Source: Paraspadella gotoi
Taxonomy: Eukaryota > Animalia > Chaetognatha
Direction: 5' to 3'
NCBI GenBank assembly: GCA_051294375.1
Contig: CM119264.1
Location: 29,231,589 to 29,288,167, forward strand
Length of the DNA stretch: 56,579 bases
Position numbers and translations under genes: made by a program. Position 1 is the stretch's first letter, and the number at the start of each line of letters is the position of its first letter. Under the pieces are notes generated by a model that saw nothing but the letters and a program-made list of their open reading frames with translations, ran no database searches and had not been told where the DNA came from. This document shows positions 47,113-56,579 of the stretch, piece after piece.

Positions 47113-49576
47113 TTCACCATTTAGTTTCTTTTCACAATCTGGCTCATTCTGTCCTCACCTTTTACCTGTCCTCACATCTGACCACTATTCTTCTCTCAAC
47201 TCTGTGTTGGAAACTTTGCCCTTCTCTCTTCTCTCTCTCTCTCTCTCATTTCCTTTGCACAAATCTTTTTTTGAAAGTTCACAATTATCTCTGACGCCGA
47301 TGAAGGCTTGTAAAAAACTAAAGCCAAAACATGTCCGTCTCATTAATAATAAATCGTTGTTTGATCAATTTAAAAACGTTTTCTATCATCCAAACACAAC
47401 GAAACAAAAGGAAATAACGATGAGGTTAAAATTAGTAAAAAGATTTTGGTAAATTTGTTTTTTTCATTTAAACTCATTTCTGATTCTTTCCAAAACTTTA
47501 TACCTGTTTATCATACACTTTTCAATCCATCCATTCAATCACGAATAATTGCAATTTTTGCTAAGGGATATATTTTTTGTCAGAATTTATTATAATTCAA
47601 TTTTTTGACATGATTTAAGTGACTGAGTGCCAAGATTGAGTGGGCGGATTGATGGACCGACAAAGTGGATTTAAAATTGTTTTATTTTATATGAATATCA
47701 AGTGATTATTATATAATCATTTTTTTAAAGTTGTAATAGTAAATATATTCATCTATAATCATATGATGCAGATATCCTATCATTCAAAACAATCTGTAAA
47801 TGAATAATCAACCAACTACATATTAATTAATTATTGACCACTCAATCAATTAATCAAAAATTAATAAACCAATACATCAAGTAATCACTTTTTTACATAT
47901 CAGCATAAGAAAATTAATAATTGACGAGCATTTAAAATATATTTCAAAATTATAATACTCCATAACATTTTTTTAAAAAAATCTAAAAAACTAAGCTTTA
48001 AAGTAAATGGGATTTAGCTATTTTATTATTTTTAGATATATTATTCTTAGGTTGATTCAGGCTGATTGCTTTATCTGATATTATCATATTATGATAAAAA
48101 ATATATTTATTTATAATAATATAATAAAGATATTTTATCCTTCAAGCAGTCTGTACATGAAGAATCTACAAGTTGTAGGCACACCTTGGTTAGAAGTAAT
48201 GGTATGATTAGTCTATCATTTATATGACCATATTTTAATAAAAAATAAGGATTTTATTCTTTAATTAAAAGCTTTATCAGCAGCAAGCCTTTGTCCACAT
48301 CCTCCAGCATATTGGAAATGCCTTTACAGGTCGTATAAAGAATGCTGTTCAAAAAATTTTAATTAAAAAAGTAACTACGAGTATTTGGCCAGCTATTAAA
48401 GCTATTTTTATAACATAACTTTCCTTTTTTTTTAATTGATGGGTGTGGAGATAAATTTTCAGAATCCTTCAAAAGAGGCTCCCATGAAAAGTTGTTGGTC
48501 AATCAATTTAAGATTTACCAAAAACTTTATCTTATCTATTTTTATTTAAACTGTCTTACTATCTAATTAATAGATAATATATTTTGTATATAATTTAAGC
48601 AATTATAAAAACTGTACAAGAAGTATCCTCCAGAATGTAGACATACTTGCATTTTCAAAAAAAGGTTATGAAATTAGTTAAAAGGCTTGTTAATGAATAT
48701 AATTTTATAGGAACCTTTTATAGTACCATCAGCACTCAAAAATATACTCTTTATTTTAATAGCTACCACCTCCTCCAGCATATTGTAAATGCTGCAGCAG
48801 AGCCTCCAGAGGTAGTTAAGATCTGAAAATTTATTTGAATTAACTTTATATACTTTTACAACTAATAAATTTAAGTGGACATAAAAACCTTTCTTATTTT
48901 AGACACAATAAACTATGAAGTGAAAGGTGTTGCCAAAAATCCTTCAAGGCAAGGGTAGCACGGGCCAGTGATCAACTTATTTAAATGGCGATTGTTCCTA
49001 ACATCTTTTTTTAGGCCTCCACATATTATCTGAGACCTCCATTTGAAATCGAGCAACTTTTGGCATTTGGCACACCCTAGGGGGAGGTGGTGAACGAAGG
49101 AGGGATGGAGAGTTCTCGCCGTCTTATTTTGTTACTTTCGCGTTGCTTCATTGTTTTCTTGACATAATGTTCCGGCGTCAGAATCGTTTATCATTTACAT
49201 ATTTTGATGTTTAATTTTTTTTACAAAATTGAAAATCTTTATTAATACTGTAGTTATTGAACTATCTGACAGTCTGTCAGAGACGCGAAGCCTTTGTTGT
49301 CTCTTAACAATATCATAGAAGAATCTGTTAATATTTTCCTTATTTACCCCGTCCAATCCACCCTCCACCCTCTCGCTCTACATCACCAACTCCAGCTACA
49401 ACATCTCTTCCAGCGAGTTCCCCGGTTTCGACGGCGCCCCCACGGCGGCGCTCAACGCGCCGAGTTCCAACGCGGCGTCTCTTTTGGACGTGGCGAGTCG
49501 AAGCGGCGTCGTGAATCGAGAGGAGGCGAAAAAAAGAGGATTCGTTTTTGAGAATAATCCTCAGGTATGGTGCAAC

Positions 49577-49617
<41 letters not shown>

Positions 49618-50523
49618 GAGGAACTCAATCTCATTTTCTTCTATGAAATTGGTACAACCAATATAAAAATTATCCATTCATTTAATAAATAAGCTATCTT
49701 GCCCCTGACTTTGGACAGGCTTTGGTGGTTTAAGGCCTCCATCACTCTTACAAGATAATGACATAGCAGGTCCCTGCAAGCTTTCAATCAAGACTCTCTC
49801 ACAGTCTCGTTTATTACGTGTGATGGAAGCCTTAACTCAACATTCCCTGTCCTAAGTATGGGTAGAGGATAGCTTTTTCATTTAACCAATGGATAACTTT
49901 TGTATTGGTTGTTCAATTGAAAAGTCAACTTATTTCATTTGAATTTCCTTTTCCCCCCAAACCCCCTTCAGGTCAAGATCTTCTCCGATTTAGACCTGGA
50001 CTTGGAACTGGCCATCAACACCGCACAGATCGGCCGCGTCTTTCAAGATCGATCGCACGTGTTTCGCGTCAAGTCACGTGACCGCGCATTGAGCGATGCT
50101 AAGATTCACAACGTTAACGTGAAAGGGAAAAGAGGGAACATCGTGCAGGTGGGTAATACTGTAATACTACATATTAAGTATTAGTGATATATATAATTAT
50201 TATAATTCTTATGTTTTATATAAAACCCTGGCATTATAATGTTATTTAGGGTATACAATACATCGGAATTACAACGTTTCATCATTGTTGTTATCAGGTC
50301 TACCCTGCGGTGGAATACGACTTTGTGCCAAACACGGCCGTTTTCGGGCTCGGCGACTATGTCCACTTTCAATGGACGGGCGCCAACACGAATCCAAATA
50401 ACAATGACGGACAGGTAGTCATGATATTGCAATTTGCAGGAGTCAATAGGAAGTTTTAAAGATAAAATCAATCCTGTACTAGTTATTTGGGGATTGGCAG
50501 TTTACTAAACATAAATTCTCTCC

Positions 50524-50617
<94 letters not shown>

Positions 50618-53040
50618 GTCTCTCTCTCTTTCTCTCTTTTTTTTCTTTCTCTCTCTTTGCTGCATTGTCAGTGGCTTTGATTTCCCAATCCGAGCTTCCT
50701 TTCATGCTATTACGCTTTTTGCCTTTAGAGCAAAAATTTTAAGCGACAACCCGGACTAAACAATAACAGCTTTCAATCGGAAAATTCGCCGAACAATATC
50801 TGTAGAAATAAAAGGAAAAAAAGAACATCTGAGCCAAATCGTGTACATTATTAAGGCGGGCCATAATTTAACACTTTTTACAACTTTAAAATATTCTGTA
50901 ATGAAATTCTTCGGATAAAAACATAAATTTTTCTTATGGGTCTTAGACGTGGAACCATTCTTGGGGGTCCGCTTCCCATAGAGCACGTAATGGGTAGGAA
51001 TTGAACCCAGTACCTAGTGGTCATCAGCTGATGACGCAAATAAACGAGCTAACGGGTCAAAAGTTAAATAATTATGATTATATGTGGAATGAACTTAACT
51101 CAATGCCTGACTACATTTATAACCCAGGGCAAGGCTGGAACAGACCGATCCAACATCGTCCTCCAAAAGACTCTGGCTTTGGACATGCGGGACTCCGATC
51201 AAAGCCACTGGGCCGTCAATTACCCGGCAATAGTAGAAAAAAATCTTTTGGGTCTCGATCTCAAGTCAAAAGTTGATTTAGCGTTAGTGGGCGTGGCTTC
51301 ACCCGGTAATGAACTTGACAATGCCCCCGCTTACTACGATCACGGGCCGGTGAAGATCACAGAACCGGGCGTGTATCACTATCTGTGCACCAGGTGAGGT
51401 TAGAAGGGGAGTGAGAGAGAGAGAGAGAGAGAGAGATTGAGAGATTTTTAATTTTTCTCCCTTCTCTCAAACCCCCAAATTTCTCTCCCACAGAAACAAC
51501 AATTTTTCGAACCGAAATCAAAAAGCGCGTCTGCTCGTCTCAGCAGGCGGCGTCGACGCGGCGGCGATCGGCATCAGCGGCGGAGAATTGAAGGCTGCAG
51601 CAGCATCATTGAGCGTTGAAGCTGGCGCTGTCGCGGAAACTGTCGACGCTGAGATGGAGGTCGGTCGGTCTGTGTTTCTGTATGTAAGGCTGTATGTTTA
51701 TCTTTTTATTGATCTGTTTAGGTGATTTTTCATCCGCTTCTATCCTCTAACTAGAAACATCTACTCTTTTTTATTTTTCTTACAACAAATTAAACAGTAA
51801 CCAGAAACCAGTCTCTTTAGAGGTGTGGGTTTGAATTCTACCACTGTTACCACAACTAAGTAACGTAGACTTAGTTTATTACTGAGAAATTAAAAGAGTT
51901 TTCTTCTTCCAAATAAACGAGGAGATCATGATAATTGAAAGAAATGAAAACGGCGATCTCTTTCTCGTTGATTCTCTCGGAGGAAGCCACCTCTCTGATT
52001 GGTCAAGAGAAGAAAGCCACCCTCTGATTGGTCAAGAGAAGAAAGCCACCACTCTGATTAGTCAAGAGAAGAAAGCCACCACTCTGATTGGTCAAAAGAG
52101 AAGCCACCACTCTGATTGGTCAAGCGAGAAGAAAAGGCAAAAAAACAGCCGAGCCATCCAATCCATTTCATCGCATTCCATTGTGTCTTATTGGTTTATC
52201 CAACCATCCATCTATCCCTCCCATCCAATCAGGTCGTGCCCCGCGATGCCTTCCTCCTTCGCCTGGCGTCCGCGCGAAAGGCTCCTCCCGCGGACTCCAT
52301 CTCCAATTTCGTCGTCATCAAACCTGAGAAGAAGTTGACGAGCGACTCGAAGCGCATGCGCGTGAAGCTGAAAGTCCTCGAGGGGGAGGAGAAGGTGAAG
52401 ATGATGATAATGATGATGATCAACATCATAATCATTTTGATAATAACAATGAATATAAATATCGTTGACGACGATTCGTATAGGAGACGAGCAATCACAT
52501 CATTAGGCCAATGATATTGATCATGATGTCGATGCTAATGTTGATTATAAAGATATTATTTGTGTTAGTCTTCGGAACAAAGACGATGTTGATAATGTTG
52601 ATGATATTAATTATAATGATAATGATATTTCTAATTACGACTATTTAGACCAGCAAGGATCTTGATTAACGCTCCGCCTCTCTCTGCCACTGCCCTTGCC
52701 CCTCTCCCACATCGCCATTACTATGCTCCCTTTGCCATTGTCCCCTCTACTGTACACCCCTTTATCATGCCCCTCTGCCACGCCCCCCTCTTTCTCCCCC
52801 AAGGTCTCTTCGGTCTCTGTCTTTGCCGCCACCTCCTCTTCTCTCCTCGTCTGGAATCGACTTCCGGCTTCGTTCGACCACGAAACCGGCGTCATCGAGT
52901 TCGAATCCGCGACGGGCGGCGTCTTTTTTGCGGCGCGATCGAGCGGTGGCGGCGTCGGCGTCGGCGTCGTTATCGGCGTTCTCTTCATCCTGGGTCTAGT
53001 CGCCGGCGTCGCTCTGTTTCTTTGGCGGCGAAGGAGATAA
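31111..53040 (+). CDS. DD3-3: Protein DD3-3-like type I membrane protein, 13 exons (exons 6-10 present twice)
   Basis: Exons 31111-31319, 31909-32103, 32184-32255, 32373-32441, 33088-33212, exon 6 (33668-~33916 noisy; clean 3' end 41487-41560), 49396-49564, 49972-50148, 50298-50414, 51128-51393, 51494-51659, 52233-52394, 52804-53040. Motifs: [79 protein letters not shown]-terminal TM followed by RRRR. Confidence 0.88.
32630..33085 (+). repeat. Pyrimidine-rich ~12/18-bp minisatellite (CCCCATCCTCTT)
   Basis: Intronic tandem repeat. Its Pro/Phe/Leu-rich ORFs are artefacts. Confidence 0.85.
34033..39202. mobile_element. Foldback/MULE-like non-autonomous DNA transposon with ~1.5-kb TIRs (copy A)
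   Basis: TAGGGT..GCCAAATGCCAAAAG at 34033 is mirrored at 39202. Arms are 34033-~36135 (including an insert) and ~37695-39202. Left flank is GGGGGAGGT. Confidence 0.8.
35378..35911. mobile_element. ~530-bp MITE-like insertion in the left TIR
   Basis: Absent from the right arm. Imperfect TIRs TATAAC..ACAATGGTTGCTG / CAGCACCATTGT..GTTATA. A second copy lies at ~45295-45825. Confidence 0.6.
39762..40040. repeat. Truncated 325-bp family copy fused to an inverted, diverged relative
   Basis: 39762-39934 is forward. 39935-40040 resembles the reverse complement (GTGATGGAAGCCTTAA...TATTGGTTGTTCAATT). The arrangement recurs at 49642-49922. Confidence 0.75.
41678..49079. mobile_element. Foldback/MULE-like element (copy B) with extra 2.36-kb insertion
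   Basis: Same TIRs as copy A. Right flank GGGGGAGGT (49080-49088) equals the left flank of copy A, implying a 9-bp TSD. Confidence 0.8.
42728..45085. mobile_element. 2358-bp AT-rich non-coding insertion with 7-bp TSD TAATAAG
   Basis: Empty site at ~35166-35172 in copy A. TAATAAG at 42721-42727 and 45086-45092. Ends TAG...CTA with imperfect TIRs (TAGTT...AAAACGTT..CAC). Confidence 0.75.
51983..52133 (+). repeat. ~30-bp minisatellite x5 carrying an inverted CCAAT box in four units
   Basis: GAAAGCCACCACTCTGATTGGTCAAGAGAA repeated. Confidence 0.85.
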
Positions 53041-53379
53041 AGGAAGAGGAAGAGAGATGCCGTTTTACGGAATTAGAATAGCGTTTGATAAATAGTTTTT
53101 ATGATTATAATAATGTTTTTGTTTTTTTTTACTTCAATTGTGTCTGTTTCTTCTGTATTACTTTTATCTGTTCTCCAGTAATTTAAATTATGCGGAAATA
53201 CTCAACGATGACAGAGTAAAGTGACTTGAGTGTAAAACTTTACACATTGATCTATTTTTATTTACATGTCTCCGTCTTGCCGATTACTTTTTCCTGAAAT
53301 AAAATTAAATGAAAAATATTATAATTTTTAGAATTAGGCAAATTAGTCATACAAATGGTTGAAACAAGAGGAGCATTAC

Positions 53380-53962
53380 AATTAGGGGTAGCCGCACTCA
53401 ATGGGGTGAGTCAAAAATTTAGAGTGAGTACATGCTCAAACGAATATTTAGACATTTTTAAGAATACTTTCCATGGACAAAAAATTTCTAATATGGCTCT
53501 ATACCCTAGTAATTAATTTTTTAATATTTATTTATAGATAGGAAAGGCCAAAAATTTTTTTTAGAAATTTTAAATTTTAAGACCAGATTCAGATAGCTCA
53601 TAAAAAGTTGTCTACACAAAGTATAATTCTTTTTTAAATATTTTTACGATAAGTGTGTCAAAAATAAGAAAAACTGTAAAAAATTATTATCATCATCATC
53701 TTTCGATGATTTTATCAGTTTTTTTATATTTTCACTTAGAAAACGTAAGAATTTTTAAAAGATGTAATTATATTTCTTGTTTAACTTTTTATGCTCTATC
53801 AGAATCCATCAAAAAATTTTAAGATTTAAAAAAAAAATTTTTGCTCTATATAGTAATATAATATTTTTAATTAGGCTAGTACCCTCAGAAGAAAGCATTT
53901 TTGACAAAAAATATTTTAATACCATAATCTATGGTCATGATAGATTATTTTAACGCTGTATA
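53380..53962. mobile_element. Degenerate palindromic MITE-like element
   Basis: Internal inverted match GATTCAGATAGCTCATAAAAAGTT / AACTTTTTATGCTCTATCAGAATC. Boundaries are approximate. Confidence 0.4.
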
Positions 53963-54115
53963 CATTAGCATTTAAATTTCATCGGCTATGGCTATTACAA
54001 TAAAGTAAATATTATAAACAAAAAAAAGTATTGGTATATAATTTTATCCTCTTTAGTGTCAGCGACTTTTTTCACGCTATCCCATCCCTGTAAAATCGAC
54101 CAACCGTTAATCAGT

Positions 54116-54270
54116 GGCCATTGGTGCCGGAGGCAAGTCATTCGCCTCCCAACCCAAAGGTCCGGGGTTCTAGCCCGGTGGCCGTCTAACAGTTAAGAGA
54201 GACGGGCCGCTTAACCCGCCTGTAACACGGTGTTTCAGCCTGATCCGAAGCTAAGGGACTACTTATATTG
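54116..54270 (+). mobile_element. tRNA-derived SINE head (tRNA-Gly-like)
   Basis: GCCATTGGTG...ATTCGCCTCCCA...CCGGGGTTCTAGCCCGG resembles tRNA-Gly(CCC) with degenerate A/B boxes. No proper cloverleaf. Confidence 0.5.
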
Positions 54271-54989
54271 AACGGTTCTGTCATTAACGCTTATCAATAA
54301 TTACTGTCTCTTCAAAAGTAAAATTAATTGAGAAAAACAAAATGTAAGAAAAAAACCGAATAAATATTGGTTCTAGTTGGTTGGCGACTTCGCCAAGGCC
54401 CTGGCAATGTCACCAGTACCCCCACTGGCGACCTCGCCAGTGATAAAAGTAGCGAATATAATGATAGGCGCGAGTTAGAGGAGAGGCTCTCGGCTAATGT
54501 TGAGACACGGGGACGAATGCATCAACCACGGGCCTCTTCCGAAACCTAACCCTAACCCGGGCCTCCCGGGATTTGATCCCCACGTCCTAAATATGCAAAA
54601 TTATTACATAATCGTTATTTATTAAATAAAAATAAAATTATTATACTAAATTATACTAAATCCGAACTACAATGAATCGAAAAAAATTTTAGAGAACAAA
54701 GATTTTTGCTATTTAAAACAATTTTATTAAAGTTATTCCGAAAAAAGAGAGTAGTCCTAATATAATTTTAATAAAAATACTCAATTCTAATTGGCAAATT
54801 ATTTAAATTAAATTCCAAATTATCAATAAATAAGTGTGGGATTTGATCCCCACTTCTCAGGGCCTGAAAGCAAAGAAGCAAAATGAATTTTGGTATCGTA
54901 TATGCTTCACTAAAGAATCGTTGGAAAACAATAACAAATGTACGAATGTATTTGAAGAAATCTTGTTTAAATTAACCGGACGATCTTAT

Positions 54990-55100
54990 AACGACGACAA
55001 TAACGACAACAACGACAACAGAGGATTTACTGAATTTCGGTGAAAGGAATCTTTGTTACTAAGGTCATGTAAATGACTGAGGTCAATTCGAGTCACCCGA
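54990..55100 (-). mobile_element. Diverged relic of an LTR related to the Gypsy element
   Basis: (GAC/AAC)n followed by TTCGGTGAAAGGAATCTTTGT...GGTCAT...TGACTGAGGTCAATTCGAGTCACC aligns with 18730-18836. Confidence 0.7.
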
Positions 55101-55541
55101 GTAAAATAATTATTAAACGCATAATTTATCAAAGAATAATTTTAATTTAAACATTTTTGGCACAATTTATATATATATATATATATTTATAATAACATTA
55201 AATGAATTAATACGATCGGTTCAAATAAAATTCACAAAGGAAAATGGCAACCGCAACCACAGAGACAATTAATAATTGAACATCTACAAATGCTTAATAT
55301 TATTGGATATAGTCAAGTAAATAAGAATAAGGCAAAAAAAAAAAATAGAAAAAATAGCTATAATTAAAAAAATCTATAACAATACAACAAATTGTATTTA
55401 ATTATTAGAATTTAAAAGTGTTAAGTTTCAAGGGAAATGGTATTGTGTGAATGCTTTTTTTCGTAGAGTTGTGAATTAGTTTTAAAGAAGAAATTTTGTT
55501 TTGTGTTAAAAAACAACGATTTTTAAAAAAGAAACAATTAA

Positions 55542-55580
55542 TGTACATGTTTAGACTTATTTGTAAGTCTTCTTCAGCTC
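55542..55580 (-). ncRNA. Degenerate hammerhead motif (GAAA mutated to TAAA)
   Basis: Minus strand CTGAAGA-A-GACTTA[CAAA]TAAGTC-TAA-ACATGT-A, with the same AAAAATCGTTGTT tail. Confidence 0.5.
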
Positions 55581-56321
55581 GAATTAAATGATTTTCACAG
55601 TTTGTTTTTAATGTGAAAAAAAAAAGAGAGAGATGAGAGAAGAGGAGAGAGAGAGAAGAGGAGAGAGAGAGAGAGAGAGAGAGATGAGAGGTTTCCACAA
55701 AGAATTTGAAAAAGGACAGTGCTTGTTTGAGGACAGATTAAATTGAGGACAATAGAGTGAGGGAGAGTGGAAGTTGAAATTAAATTCAATCAGTTAAAGT
55801 GAATACATTTGACTATGTAATGGGAAATGATACATCGGGCCATGGCACTTTTTTAAACTTCAGTTTTCCTAAAGATTCTATATTGATTAATAATCAATGA
55901 TTTTTGAGCCGCAAGCTTTTAATTGAGAGAGCATATCGATAAAAATATCTTAGAAACACTTTTCATGGCTAAATGTGATATTGATGTTGTCGAATAATTC
56001 TACCAATTTCGGAAGTAGTAAAATAATTTAATTTTTTTAACTACTATTTTTTCAGCAGTTCAAATAGATACAATTGTAGTGGACATTGTCATAACAATTT
56101 TTATGTTGAAACTTTATTAAATATATATATAAAATTATCTTTAATATCAAAGAAATGAAAATGGTACTGTATTGCTAAATCAAATTTAAATACTTTTTTT
56201 AATTATGCAATTAAGGCAATGTCAGTTGAAAGTTATGCTTTGTATACAAAAACATTTGAAATAGGCTTCAACAAACAAAGGTTTATTATTTATTATAGTT
56301 TCGTCATGTTTGTTTCTGTTT

Positions 56322-56362
56322 GCGCTGAAGAAGGTTCGTATTGTGAACCGAAACATGTCCGT
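56322..56362 (+). ncRNA. Minimal type I hammerhead ribozyme motif (Penelope pseudo-LTR type)
   Basis: CTGAAGA-A-GGTTC[GTATTGT]GAACC-GAA-ACATGT-C followed by AATAAA and TCGTTGTT. Confidence 0.7.
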
Positions 56363-56541
56363 TTTCTCAATAAAACAAATTCGTTGTTGCCACTATAATC
56401 AAACTTTTTCTCTGTTTGTTATTAAAAATCATTTATAATGTTTTTTTCATAAAAGTATTGAAAATGCTGAATACAGACCGACTTTTCGTCTTCTCCTTCA
56501 TAGTGATTTTTAGCGGTGGCTGTGGTATTCCTCCCACACGG

Positions 56542-56579
56542 CAGGGATGTGGAGCCGGAGCCGGAGCCGGAGCTGGAGC
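56542..56579 (+). repeat. (GGAGCC)n tandem after CAGGGATGT; possible left end of a hAT-like MITE
   Basis: CAGGG start followed by a hexamer array, cut by the window end. Confidence 0.4.

Noticed and set aside
54116-54190. Functional tRNA-Gly gene
   Set aside because: Acceptor and D stems do not pair and the T-loop is altered; better explained as a SINE head.

Overview
AT-rich, microsatellite-rich genomic DNA of an animal, most likely an invertebrate, with several N gaps and indel-noisy stretches. Four spliced genes could be rebuilt by hand from splice sites and exon phases. (1) A minus-strand SLC2A8/Tret1-like sugar transporter (26726->10824). Its ~11.5-kb intron holds (2) an antisense nested carbohydrate sulfotransferase (14838-17384) and a young CsRN1-clade Ty3/Gypsy element (18468-24053: LTRs with no visible difference, ATCC TSD, tRNA-Trp-like PBS, -1 frameshift signal). 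(3) A head-to-head, 6-exon secreted protein with a hevein-like Cys-rich C-terminus (27524-29606). (4) A DD3-3-like type I membrane protein (31111-53040). Its exons 6-10 occur twice across a gap, and each copy carries a Foldback/MULE-like element with ~1.5-kb TIRs and nested insertions. Non-coding highlights: Penelope-type minimal hammerhead ribozyme motifs with covarying stem II, a 325-bp fixed-end tandem/dispersed repeat, Helentron/HINE-like elements with telomere-like cores, and a tRNA-derived SINE head. All calls were made by eye without database searches, so nothing here is proven novel.
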